Shown here in pieces: positions 27,711 to 40,699 of a DNA stretch of 64,000 nt. Location of the stretch: NCBI RefSeq assembly GCF_006345805.1, contig NC_043011.1, positions 4,960,001-5,024,000 of the forward strand, given 5' to 3'. This DNA comes from Octopus sinensis (Eukaryota). Made by a program: the position numbers and the translations under genes. The notes beneath the pieces are model-generated. The model had not been told where the DNA came from, did not search any database, and saw only the letters and a list, made by a program, of their open reading frames with translations. Each line of letters opens with the position of its first letter. The first letter of the stretch is position 1.

Positions 27711-27876
27711 TACGACAGGCTTCTTTCAGTTTCCGTCTACCAAATCCACTCACAAGGCATTGGTCGGCCCGGGGCTATAGCAGAAGACACTTGCCCAAGA
27801 TGCCATGCAGTGGGACTGAACCCGGAAGCATGTGGTTGGTTAGCAAGCTACTTACCACACAGCCACTCCTGCTCCT
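27425..27876 (-). mobile_element. SINE family A copy
   Basis: Reverse complement of 7749-8159; possible short TSD tgttta. Confidence 0.9.
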
Positions 27877-28949
27877 GTTTATTCCCTTTTTATCATGTTT
27901 GGTCCCTTGTTTGTTGGCTTGCCATTCCTCGGCAGCCTCATGCGGCTGGAGCCACCAGAAGTGGATTAATATTATCGCTGAAGACGCGAAATTGCGCATA
28001 ACCTGGCCTATAACACCTGCGTGTGTTTTCTGTTTGTGCATTTATTATATGTTTTTAACACACACACACACACACACATTATGTGTGTGTGTATGTGTGT
28101 GAGTTCAACAAAAAGAGGGACGATAGAAAAAGTACCTATGAAACTCAGGCTACTGCAATACCTGGTCCCTAGGTATTGCAATAGCTTGGGTTTACTCGCG
28201 GTATAAAAATGTATTGAAATTTTATTAGTAGCAAACCACAAATATTGTTTGATATTTTCTGGTAAGAATTTGCAGTAACTTTTGAAGACTTTTGCAATAA
28301 AATTTAAACGGTTATTGACATAAATAAATTTTTATTAAATTAGAACAGAAAAGAGATTATGTTGTTTGAAAATTGTAAAACAAACACTCAGGTACATGTG
28401 ATGATAGATAATACGTGTATTTAAGGAATCTATGAAAAGATATTTTTGGGTGGGATAACAGACCAAAAGATTTGATGTAAATATATAAAATATATAACAG
28501 ATAGGAAAGAACCTTTACAGCTCTGGGAAACGCAAAGCATTTCTGGAATTTAAAGCACTATGCACTCTGCAATGATCAATTGCATTGATACCGGAATAAT
28601 TGTGTGAAGGAATGTTGAAATATTTGCACCCTAAGCCACTTTGCATGCTACAAAAATGGAATCGTAAGAATTGTTAAAAATGTAGGCTATCGGAAACACA
28701 CATCAACACAGTGTTTTCTTTTAAGTAACTCACATTGAATTTCATGAATGTTGTAGAAATTAATACAACCTGCGTGGCTATGTGGTAAGAAGCGTGCTTC
28801 CCAACTGCATGGTTCTGGGTTCCATCCCTCTGCATAGCACCTTGGGCGGTGACCAAAACCTTGTGAGTGAATTTGGTAGACGGAAGCTGAAAGAAGCCCG
28901 TCGTATATATACATACATGCATACATACATAGATACATACATACATACA

Positions 28950-29028
<79 letters not shown>

Positions 29029-29740
29029 TTGTAACCCTACCGCCGCTTGACAACCGGTGTTGCTGTGTTTATGTCTCCGCAAATTAGCGGTTCGACAAAG
29101 AGACCGATAGAATAAGTAACAGGGTTAACAAAAAATAAGTACTGCAGTCGATTCAGTCGACTAAAACTCCCACAACGCGTTACCCCAGCATGGCCACAGT
29201 CTAATGACTGAAACTAATAAACTATTGTTCCTGGACAAAGATATGGGTTTTTGATTTAAGTGGAAAGTTTAATCGAGAGTAAATTTGTGTTCGTACAACA
29301 AGTGTTTCTGTCTGCGGGGCATATATGTCAACTAGTTTGAATGTGGCGAGAAAACAAAGCTGAAACATCATTCAGTTGAAGAAGCTGCATAAAAGATAGA
29401 CATTTGAAGCAGTCTAGGGATGAGAAAGGGCTGAGCAAGGACCGGGGAAAAGATATTTAAGTTTCATTTTATTGTTGCTGTATGGACAATTTAAATCTTT
29501 ATAAATATGGAGAGTTGTTTTATAAATGACACTAGCTGACCCTGTGCCGTCAAAAATGACAGCTAATTGTAGTATTTTATATATAAATAAGGGATAAAAT
29601 AAGGTACATAATAATCACAGATACAAACATTCACATACTTCCCTTGTACATACATACATACATACACTCGAACAGAGTTGAAATGCTGTTTGATTTTTCT
29701 TTTCAGCGTTGAACGTTCATCTTCCCATTTCCATTGCACA

Positions 29741-29794
<54 letters not shown>

Positions 29795-30361
29795 ACACAC
29801 ACACACACACATACCACACACACACTCACACACACATACACACACACACAAACACACACACTCACACTCACACACACACACATACACACACACAATAATA
29901 CCATACAATAATACCCGACTTAATTGTTTCAATTATCTATTATTTATCTATGATCTTTGATCGTAAACTAGTGTAATTACTCAACACAGACACACAGACA
30001 CATACACACACACACACAAACACACACGCACATACACACATTCACATACCTCCCTTTTACATACACACACATATACTCACACAGTGTTGAAACGCTGTTT
30101 TTTTCACCCCTTCCTTCGATATTCATCTACCACCCCTTCCTTTCTCATTCATATGTTGTGATGGAGAAAAATAGAAGATACATGACACGCTCTTTGCCAC
30201 TTTCTTTTTCTCATTGCTATTACTTTCTCTCACTCTCTCTCAGTCAGGGCTATTACTCTCACTACTTCTCCTTCACCGAATTACTATTTTCTCTCCTCTC
30301 CCTTCACTTATACTACTCTTTCTCCTACTCTGTCCTACTCCTACTCTGTGATTTGGGGCAA

Positions 30362-31157
30362 CGTCTTCTAAATGTTTTGCGTTCCTGTCCCAGTTTGTAT
30401 TTTTTTACATATACATATATATATACTGGTGTCCGTACACTTTTTGGTCTAATATATAAGTACATATTCTTATCTTGGTACGACTCTATAACACTGTCTC
30501 TCTCCCCCCTCTCCTACATTTCTCTGCCTTTCACACTTTGCAATCCTCTTTGATCATCTCTTTCTCTCTCTCTCTCTCTCTCTCTTCCCCTCCTCCTTTG
30601 TTCCTTGTTCCCCTTCTTTCTCTCTTCATCTGTCCCTCTTTTCCTCTCTCTTCTCCTCGCACGTGACTAGCCGACCGATTGCTAGCCTTTTCGTGGTCAG
30701 CAGCCGTTGCGGCAAGACAAATTTTTTTCTCTCTCTAGCCCTAAGGCTTTTTTCTAATGCCAGCTCAAAAATTTACTCGTCCTGTCGAAAAGACGCTTGT
30801 CTGTGATGTTCTGTTTTTGTTGTTATTATTATTATCATTATTGTTTTTACGTATTTTTGTATTTTTATTCGTGTAACATCGTCCTGTTTTCCGTCCTTGT
30901 TTTGTATACATTCGAGGCTTTCTTCCAAGGAATCTAATGCGCTTGGCTTAGATTTTCCTTTGGGGCTGGCCAGATCGGAGCAATCTCAAGATTAATCAGC
31001 CGAAATTGCGAAGATGATCCGGTTCTTGACTGAAGATTGAAGGCTTCGAATGTCCCGTCCGTGTTTTTTGTATCGTCTTCTAAATGTTTTGCGTTTCTGT
31101 CCCAGTTTGTATTTTTTTACATATACATATATATAGCGACGTCCGTACCCTTTTTGG

Positions 31158-31168
<11 letters not shown>
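30362..31168 (+). mobile_element. About 800 bp element with ~95 bp direct terminal repeats (Penelope-derived candidate)
   Basis: Direct repeats at 30362-30458 and 31074-31168 (cgtcttctaaatgttttgcgtt...ggtctaatatata); internal CTGTCGA-AAAGAC-GCTT-GTCT stem at about 30782-30802. Confidence 0.5.
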
Positions 31169-31198
<30 letters not shown>

Positions 31199-32500
31199 AA
31201 TATATAAAAGCCCTACTCATTATTATATTAGGAAACTAGGATGCATATAGAATTTCGAGAGATCTTTATAAAGTGTACGTAAGAGTTAATGGATGAGTAA
31301 TTAGAAAAGGAACAGGAAGAAAATATTTTTTAACTTCTTTCTATCTCTTCCGTCGGGCATGTAATATTTAAGCAAATTAACTCGTAATATTTAATTCATG
31401 CTTTTTGTTTACTAAGCTTGTTGTATTATAAGCTTATTCATTTTGCTGTTGTTGAGTTAGATGATGAGCCGGCAAAATCATTAGAACGTCGGCGGAAATA
31501 CCGATTCATCCGATGCTTTCTGTGTACCAATGCCAGCTTTGTATTTTTTCCTTTCTAGAGCCGATAAATCAAAGTACCAGTCAATCGATGTTATCAATTT
31601 TGTTCTTCCCCTCAAAATTACTGGCCTTTTGCCTAAATTAGAAATTAAGATATTATTACTCTAGTTATGTTTTTGTATTTCTCTATTTATTTTTAAAATT
31701 ATTGAAATCAGAAAAATTTTTGAAATTAAATAAAAAAAAAAGGTTTCACAGCTCTGGTGTTCGGGATTTCTCGTTGGTTTAATGGTCGAATGGTTCATTT
31801 TCTCGATGTTGACCTTCTGAGCATATTAGTGAGTGTAGGTTTTGTTCCTAAAAGGGGTATGACAAATGCACACGCGATAAAAATACACACGGAATGTTTT
31901 AGTAATTTGATTTCACATTGTTGAAGAAATAGCAAAGGATTAATGGAATTTGCTCGAAAGTCAGATCAGGAGGGCAACTAGACGTGGAAATGGACTGAAG
32001 CGGTTGTACTAGTGTTACAATTCAGGATCCTTGGATTTTACCCCAAATGGCGAAATATATTCTCGACTTACCAATTCCTTGCTTTTTTGTTTTTTTTAAA
32101 TTGCTTAGTCAGGAGAAAGAGTAGTCTCCATGGTCCCCTTCAGGACCTCTGAACCTGGTGGGGAGGAGGAAGAGAGGGAAGGTATCTTCAAATAGGAAAT
32201 CAGAGCACCCAATTTGCCACGTATTGGCACAGCAGATTAAGTTTGTCATCCACCAAGTAGGCCACGGCTGGATTCGTACTTAGAAAGTAAAGAGCCGGGG
32301 AAAATACTGCTTAAATGATTGCGCCATTCCGACGCTTAAATGAGTGCATCACTCGATCACCCTAGGCTATTTCTTTATTCATCGACCCCAGAAGGATAAA
32401 AGGAAAAGTTGACCTCAGCGACATTTGAATTCATAGCGCAGAAACAGGAATAAATACTGCAAGGCATTTCTCCATTGTTCATACGACTACCTAACGACTA

Positions 32501-32883
32501 GTGGAGGCGCAATGGCCCAGTGGTTAGGGCAGCGGACTCGCGGTCGTAGGATCGCAGTTTCGATTCCCAGACCGGGCGTTGTGTATGTTTATTGAGCGAA
32601 AACACCTAAAGCTCCACGAGGCTCCGGCAGGGGATGGTGGTGATCCCTGCTGTACTCTTTCACCACAACTTTCTCTCACTCTTACTTCCTGTTTCTGTTG
32701 TACCTGTATTTCAAAGGGCCGGCCTTGTCACTCTCTGTGTCACGCTGAATATCCCCGAGAACTACGTTAAGGGTACACGTGTCTGTGGAGTGCTCAGCCA
32801 CTTATACGTTAATTTCACGAGCAGGCTGTTCCGTTGGTCGGATCAACCGGAACCCTCATCGTCGTAACCGACGGAGTGCTTCC
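32501..32883 (+). mobile_element. SINE family C, full length with 12-bp TSD
   Basis: tRNA-like head with A and B boxes; exact TSD acctaacgacta at 32489-32500 and 32884-32895. Confidence 0.92.
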
Positions 32884-34080
32884 ACCTAACGACTACCTCT
32901 CTTTAGAGTGTTTGACGATTCTCGTGTCCGTGAAAAATCCCTTTCCTCCATATTTCATAATGTGATGGTACATCTTTTTATGGCAAAGAGAATGCAATGA
33001 ACATGAACAGTTCACGTTTATTTCATTAGTAATAAAGTATCCCGTTTCAACTGGAAGTACCAGAGTGTGACCTTCACAAGAGTACAAAAATAGAAATTAT
33101 ATAACCGACATACAAGGGAAATAAACATATATCACCAATTACTTTGGAAACTGAAATATAAATAGCAGAAAGACGAAAAGAAACGATCACAATACAGAAA
33201 ATATCTATTTGTTACAAATACCGTATATTCATAGTAAACGATAACACACGATGTGTTGTCATGTTAATGCCTTATTTTATAACAGAATAGAATCCGGTAA
33301 CTAAACTAAAAGAAATTTAAACTTTAATTTCTTCGCATGGGAGAACGTCTGAGCAGCCTGTGGCGTGATAAAGTGCACCAAGTGTATAGTGTGCCAGACA
33401 TAAAAACCCTTCTAGGCTATTCCAGAAATGGAACGTACAAGCAAAATGTGGTTCACATATGACATAATGTAGTCTTCGCGAATAAGAAAGCAATAATTCT
33501 GAATAAGAACTAAAACAAAAGTAGAAGGAACTATTTAATGCTCTTGAATAGGAAATTTCTTAAGTACACACAACTCACACTGAAAGAGATACACACACTG
33601 CTACAGAAAAACCAGTTTTCTCAGGGGAAACTTGTTTTTCTGTAGCTGTATATGTTAGGTATGCAATATGTTTTACTGCGGTAACCTATAGTGTTATTCT
33701 TTCGTTAGTTACGAGAAATTGTATTATAATGTCATAATGACTAAAATGTAATACTCAAATCACATTCTCGAATTTGAAATGAAGAATTCAGTAATTTTTG
33801 GCTTCCTCAAAAATATCAGAAAGTCTAATGATGAAATGGTAAATTATTATTAAACTCATTAAAGCATAAATCATCCTTTATCACACAGAATGTTAAACTG
33901 CCGGTTTAATATTCCGTTTAAGTGCAATCTGTTTTTATTCTATAACAAAATTATCGGTTAATATTGATAGAAAATTTAACTAAACTACTTCCGTGGCAAT
34001 CCGTTTTCTTTGATAAATAATTTCCTAAACAGTTCTTTCCTATAATTTCAATATTTACATGCATGTGTTTATAATTTTTA

Positions 34081-34094
34081 TTTCATCTTTCCAG
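34081..34094 (+). promoter_or_regulatory. Candidate splice acceptor just upstream of the pseudogene ATG
   Basis: tttcatctttcCAG about 50 nt before ATG 34144; a parallel acceptor precedes the 60712 gene. Confidence 0.4.
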
Positions 34095-34143
34095 AGAGTT
34101 TGTACTGATCTCAACGAGAACACCAAAATTAAAAACGGATTCC

Positions 34144-34768
34144 ATGGAAATTGATGCGAACAGAAGAAATGTCAAAAATGTCTGCCAACATCTTGCAACG
34201 GTTGATTGATGTACTGGTGGACACCTATTTATTTTCCTCCATTTATCTTTATGGAAATTGTTATGGTGATCGGGAATATTGGAAATAGTATTGTTATATA
34301 TATATATATATGTTATTATAAATTCGAGAAAACTGCAACAAATTTCTTCCTAACAGCGTTTTCTTTTTGTGATTTCTTAACTTGCCTCATATGTATTATT
34401 TTGGAAATTGTAATTTTATGCTTTCCTTTGCACGTTCACACTGATGCTGTGTGTCGCTTAATGCGTTTTATTATTACAATAGGACTATCCAATTCATCCT
34501 TGATTGTATTCATTATAGCAGCTGATACATGTGTGCGAGTATGTCGATACGGCAATACTCTTTTACTATTTTACTTGTTTCAGTCATTTGACTGCGGCCA
34601 TGCTGGAGCACCGCCTTTAATCGAGCAACTCGACCCCGGGACTTATTCTTTTGTAAGCCCAGTACTTATTCTATCGGTCTCTTTTGCCGAACCGCTAAGT
34701 GACGGGGACATAAACACACCAGCATCGGTTGTCAAGCAATGCTAGGGGGACAAACACAAATATACACG

Positions 34769-34820
<52 letters not shown>

Positions 34821-35684
34821 TATATATATATATATATATATATAAACGACGGGCTTCTTTCAGTTTCCGTCTACCAAATCCACTCACAAGGCTTTGGTCG
34901 GCCCGAGGCTATAGTAGAAGACACTTGCCCAAGGTGTCACGCAGTGGGAGTGAACCCGGAACCATGTGGTTGGTAAACAAGCTACTTACCACACAGCCAT
35001 ACCTTTTGTATGAAAAGCCGCCAAGCATTTTCGTATTAGTTTTATGTTTGCCTCTTATCTTCAAGTTTGCCAATACTTGTTATTCACGGCACGCAAAACA
35101 TAGAGATCCCTTCTTTGGTGAAGAGTATTTATTTTCTGAAGAAGATATAAATGATACAATTTATATTACTCATTCTGCCATAGTTTTGACTCTGAGCTTT
35201 GCTGCATTCGTCTTTGTTCTAGTAGCTCATATGCTACTTATAGTTCGTATATGCATATTTAAGAAAATACAGAGAAATATGCATGCAACTAACAAAAACT
35301 CTTCTGGTATGTCCTATAATCCTCAAGCAACAAAATTTCCCAGGACTATTAGTGAAACTTACACCCAACAAAAAAGAAAATCCACTGTTAGTATTGAAAG
35401 ACGGCAAATCCGTGAAGCCAAAAATATACTGAATGTAACAAGGATTAATATGCTTTTGTTAGGGATTTCGTTGTTGGACTTTTAGTTATACGCCACATTT
35501 AATCATAATTACATGGAATATTCATAAAGAATCTTTACTAATTAAACGTACCCACCTCAACAGAAAATTCTTAAATTATTCCATCTAACTGAACAACATT
35601 CTCAAGCCATATATTCATGGAATTTTCAACAATTATTTGCGGAAAGTAGTTTGTATTTTATTTCAAAATATATTCCGTTTATAG
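34144..35684 (+). pseudogene. Class A GPCR pseudogene (closest to 60712-61800), SINE-interrupted
   Basis: TM1-3 GNIGNS...FCDFLTCLICI...CRLMRF...NSS..AADTC; SINE inserted after TM3; TM4 LLSSSLPILVIHGTQN in another frame; TM5; TM6 SYTPH after a frameshift; TM7 NNILKPYIHGIFN. Several frameshifts and stops. Confidence 0.92.
34557..35003 (-). mobile_element. SINE family A inserted in ICL2 of the GPCR pseudogene
   Basis: Full family A reverse complement lies between the TM3 and TM4 coding sequence. Confidence 0.92.
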
Positions 35685-35814
35685 TACTACAAATCTATTT
35701 TTACATTATTTACATTTGACGGATATTTGTCATCATCTTGTTTGTTGTTAACACAACGTTTCGGCTGATATACCATCCTGTCATCATTCCTAAGGTATTT
35801 TTTGATGTTGTTAT

Positions 35815-35914
35815 TATTATTATTGTTGTTATTATTATTCAGGTCACTGCCTGGAATCAAACTTGGAATCTTGGGGTTAGTAGCCCGCTCTCTTAACCAC
35901 TACACCCTATGCCC
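35815..35914 (-). mobile_element. Short tRNA-like element with (AAT)n tail
   Basis: Minus strand GGGCATAGGGTGTAGTGGTTAAGAGAGCGGGCTACTAACCCCAAGATTCCAAGTTTGATTCCAGGCAGTGAC-CTGAATAATAAT; A/B-box-like motifs, imperfect stems. Confidence 0.65.
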
Positions 35915-35944
35915 GTGGGCAATTATGGAGTGAATTTTAGGGCT

Positions 35945-36500
35945 TATAAATCCAATATGTTCCTATCCTTCCTTAATACTGGCTCCCATATGCTACTCAT
36001 ATCTGCACTCAGGCTGCTTAGGAGGTTGTTGTGTCCTAGCCTATATGCTGCTGCTTTTAGTTTTCGTATTTTCCAGTGGTGTTCTCTGTCTATTATTTTA
36101 ACTTCATCCCACAGGGGGAGGTGGTCTCCATCTTTCCATACACAATCAGCTATACCCGATTTATCAATATCTCTTCATGTCACAGCTTTGTGATGTTCCT
36201 CTACCCTTATTTTGAGGGGGCAGCATGTTTCCCCTTTGTATAACCTACCACAGCAGCATGGGATGGAGTACACGCAGTCTTTGGTTATATTCTCTTCTAT
36301 TGGTGGTTTTACTTGAAGGAGATATTTGCAAAGTGTTGTATTACTCTTGAATATTGTCCTGATGTCATATGGGCCGCATATCTTTTGTATCTTTTCAGAG
36401 AGGCCTTTCACATAGGGTAGACAGACTGTGGACAGTTTTTTGGTTTCATCCTCTCTTTTCTTCATAATTGGAGTAGATAATACCTGTTTCAGGGGTAGTT
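35945..36500 (-). mobile_element. Penelope-like element GIY-YIG endonuclease relic
   Basis: VCLPYVKGLSEKIQKIC...CVYSIPCCCGRLYKGETCCPLKIRVEEH matches the GIY-YIG pattern VY.I.C.CG..YIGET..L..R..EH; frameshifted downstream. Confidence 0.85.
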
Positions 36501-36769
36501 GTTGCTTGATAGATTGTTACTGAGCTTGATTGCCCTCAGTACTTATTTTAAGCCTGATGCTTATTTTATAGATATCTTTTGCTGAAAGGATAACTTACAA
36601 GGACGGAAACAAAAGAACATTGTCAAGCAGTGGTAGCGGATAAGTGCAAGCACAAGGACACACACACAAAAACATATACGTGTATATATACATACATACA
36701 TACAACATACATACATACATACATACATACATACATACATACATACATGCATACATACATACACGTGCT

Positions 36770-37010
36770 TGTGCACAGCTTTCAATGCAATGTATGCCAG
36801 AAGGTTTGCAAATCTAACGTAGGCCTCAAAAGACATTTTAAGATCCACAAAGATCAGAACATAACTGCAACTCTTGGTGGTCTAAGTCCGATATGCAATC
36901 TATGTGGGTGTCTTTTCAAAACATTGTCTGGTTTAAAAAGCTATATCAGATGCCACGATGGTTCTAAGTTGTAGATGGTCAAACTCTGCATAAGGAGTAG
37001 ACAGCCACCA
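36770..37010 (+). mobile_element. LINE 3' end encoding C-terminal C2H2 fingers (RTE-like), tentative
   Basis: FQCNVCQKVCKSNVGLKRHFKIH and ICNLCGCLFKTLSGLKSYIRCH*; no TGEKP linker; preceded by a microsatellite and followed by a short tail. Confidence 0.5.
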
Positions 37011-37514
37011 CATATGTATGCGTGTGTGTGAAGAGATACCCAAAAGTGACCGGAAAAGTTCTCTGTGGAATAAGCCCATTGCAGCAAAATTTATTGAGAA
37101 ACAACCCTCGACTGACCCTTGTCGACTCTCTTACATATCTTCGTAGAAGCTGTAACAAATCTTTTCGCAGTTTGGTGATATTTTCCCATTAGTTTAAATA
37201 TTTCTAATGTTGATTTACGTTTCGCAAGTTCAGAAGTAATGCCAGATTTCTCTGAAGCAGTTAAGTCACATTACGACCCATAATTACACGACTATCAGAC
37301 CACTCGTTAATAATTTGGAACACTGAAAGTTCGTGGAAATCATGCAAAGGGTCGCGGTTTGTTTACACTTGAGTAAAACCTCTCGTTTTTACGCACCAGA
37401 CGCATATAACTGTTGCCATAATTCCATTGAAATTTCATTGAATTCCAACGAGTAGCTTTTTTAAAAAAATCTTTTAATGTTACGTAGTCGTAAGACAATG
37501 ATTAAGCTACTAAA

Positions 37515-37895
37515 AACAAGAGCACTCAGAAAGCACAAACCACCGCCAAGGCAATACCAACGTCCACTAAACGATTAGCCGATGATTTTTTAAAATGAGA
37601 ATATCTGAAATAAACTCGACTTCTCTCACAAACGAGAATACTAAAAATGAATCCGACCGCTCTCAAAAATTAAGTAAAAAAAAAAAAAAACCGGAAAATA
37701 ATCTAGAATCCTTGTCCGGTACCGGATCGATCCCAAAATCTAATTAGTTTTTGCCAGTCACAAGGCCAAACATCCCTGAAAATTTCATTCGAATCCATCC
37801 AGCGATTCTTGAGATATCTTGTCCACGGACAAACAAGCAAACAAGCAACTACGACTGAAAAACAACGCCTTCTCTTTAGCGAAGGCGGAGGTAAT
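37515..37895 (+). mobile_element. Helentron/HINE-like non-autonomous element
   Basis: Subterminal inverted motifs accaccgcc and ggcggaggt; 3' hairpin gccttc-tctttagc-gaaggc; internal (caaa)-type microsatellite; AAATTTCAT...ATCC core. Confidence 0.6.
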
Positions 37896-38719
37896 AATTA
37901 AACTAGTAAAAATAGCTGTTATCAAAATGATTTAAGCTTGTGTGGACGTTGTCACAATAATTGTTTTATCTGCTCCATCTAACCGATAGAAAGATGCTCA
38001 CGGAACCTTATATAGTGTGAGTAAATCTCAATAGGTGTATGTATAGATAGATAGATAGATAACGGGAGGGACGGAGGGAGGAAGAAAAGAAAGAAGGGGG
38101 AATGAGTTAGGGAGGGAGGCAAAGGTAACTTCACTTTTATAGGAGTTTGGGAGGCAAACTTTGCTGGAAGCGTTTCTGGAAATCGGTTGCTTAAATCCTT
38201 AAAAATGTTTCAGCCCGAAAGCTGCAGCCATGCTTATTGGAGATGCATATAAAGAGTACATATGCTGATGCATACAAACAGACAGACAGATATACACATG
38301 CATATATATCTATGCATAGATACAAATACACATTGATTTCAAATTTTGACACAAGGCCAGCAATTTCAGAGAGGGGTAAATCGATTGCATCGCCCACGGT
38401 ACTCAACAGGTACTTATTTTATCGACTCAAAAGGATGAAAAGCAAAGTCATCGTCAGCAGAATTTGATCTCAGAACGTGAAGACGAATGAAATGTCGCTA
38501 AGTATTTTGTCCGGCGTGCTAACGATTCTGCCAACTCGCTGCTTTAAGCGCAAATATATATTAAGAGCTAATGATAAACAACTTTAAATAACAAATACAG
38601 ATTTTCAAGTTGATTGGATCCCTAATTTGTGCAAATATCAAATTACATATGTTCCTTTTATAAAATATTGGTAAACATTTGGAATTATAGATTATGAAGC
38701 AATTGAGGGCTGCCAGGTA

Positions 38720-38995
38720 TTTGGAGGCATTCATTCTGTAAAGCTGTAAAATGGGTTGGAGTGACCGGTGCAGCAAAGACGAGGACCACAAAATCCTATT
38801 AGTGAAGCTGCAGAGAGGGCCACGAAGTGTCTGGATAACGAGGGCAGATCGGTAATTTTCTACTACTGGAATGCAAGCAAGGATTTGGTCGTCAACCCCG
38901 GTTTAGTTAAATGGTCGAAGGAATCTGGTGTTGAAAGACCCAAACCTCACCGAGACCCTAGAGAGATCACTAATGAGATCCCAGAGCACCAGTGA
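38720..38995 (+). mobile_element. HERO/R2-group non-LTR retrotransposon 3' relic
   Basis: GVTGAAKTRTTK / ISEAAERATKCL resembles the C-terminal EAAE.AS.WLW motif of RLE-type elements, followed by UTR-like sequence. Confidence 0.5.
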
Positions 38996-39914
38996 GATGT
39001 ACCATAGATCTTACCTTATCTTTTGAAACAGCGTGTATGTCACTGCTATTGCAGTGAGCGTAGCTTACTCAAATATACATTGTGTCATGGTTGAAACATA
39101 GCTAGTAACACAAACGGAGTTCATACGCTCCTATGCACTCATAAGATCTCATATTGGCACGCTTGATGCCACCTTTGACAACAAACAAAGTAAAGATGGC
39201 AAGGATGGAGGTACGGGTGCTGATGAAAGATGTCACCTCCACTTGGTAGACACCCAGGACAACAACAAAGAAGATTCAAGTGAGAAACCTGCCCGGGAAG
39301 TAAACCCAAGTGCAAGTGCCCCTACTAGCACCAAAAGCCAAAACCATGGAGATGAAAGAGCCAAAAAAAGAAGTAAAAGGAAGAAAAACTAAAAGAAAAA
39401 CAAAAGATGAAACAGCCAAAGAAGGAAAAACTAAAACTCAAACAAAGAGAGAGTATCAGCAGAAGTTGAACCAAAATCTACTCCTCGAAGTTGTATTTGT
39501 TGTAGCTACCTTAATTTTTCACACTACCAGACTAATATTTGTTTTAATAGTCTAATATTTGTCAAAAGAGTATTCCAAACAATACGGAACAATGAAGATC
39601 TTAGCGGTTCATCTCCAAATATCTTTAGCATTAAACTTTTAATATTAATTTTAGAGGAAGCAAATCTATTTGCTTCACTCTAAAATTAATTTAGAATCGA
39701 AGTAATTCCTCTTTAGCATTGGAAACTATAATGCTTAACAGAGGAGTGTCAACCTGGACACTCCATCTATGAGAAATAGTAACCAAGCCACCACTCTTCA
39801 AATCCCACACTACTCTGGCAGGCAATCAGTGACTAAATTTTCATATATGTATGTATGTATGTATGTATGTAAATATGTATAAATATGTATATATATACAT
39901 ATATATATGTTATG

Positions 39915-39945
<31 letters not shown>

Positions 39946-40085
39946 TATAATATATATATATATACATACATACATATAAATACACACACACATATATATA
40001 AATACATATATATATATAGATATACACACACATACACACAGAGAGATAGATAGATAGATAGACAGATAGTCAGATAGAAATATAG

Positions 40086-40140
<55 letters not shown>

Positions 40141-40251
40141 ATATGCATATATATACGTATATATATACATACATATATACATTAAATATACATATATGTT
40201 TTTTATGTATGTATATATGTATAAATATGTATATATATACATATATATATT

Positions 40252-40301
<50 letters not shown>

Positions 40302-40699
40302 TATATATATATATACATATATATACATAATAATATCAGAGTAGGAAAAATTTAGAAATTTTTACTACCAGTAGCCAAGCATGTAGAAAACTAGTCAGTA
40401 GCCTATATATTATTCATATAAATACAGTGTACATTTAAACACATAAGAGATGGTCATAATAGGACATCTAACACGCTAGAAGGAGTAGTCAAAATCCAAA
40501 CCACTATTAGGGGTAATTTCGAAGGGAATGAAAAATAAAACCATTTACCATCTTTCACCTGGACCACGGTTTCAACTTTATTTCTATGTAGCAAATAAAG
40601 TAATTTACCAGATGAAGTCCTCATCAGCAGGAGCGCCAAGATTAATATATAAATGCTTGATGTATAAAAATGCCGACATCTTGACTGCTGCTCAACGCT

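Noticed and set aside
35843-35914. Functional tRNA gene
   Set aside because: Acceptor and T stems pair poorly and the sequence runs into an (AAT)n tail; treated as tRNA-derived repeat. The same applies to the SINE heads.
39310-39555. Lys-rich 81-aa ORF
   Set aside because: Low-complexity A-rich sequence without domain signal; probably a LINE or UTR remnant.
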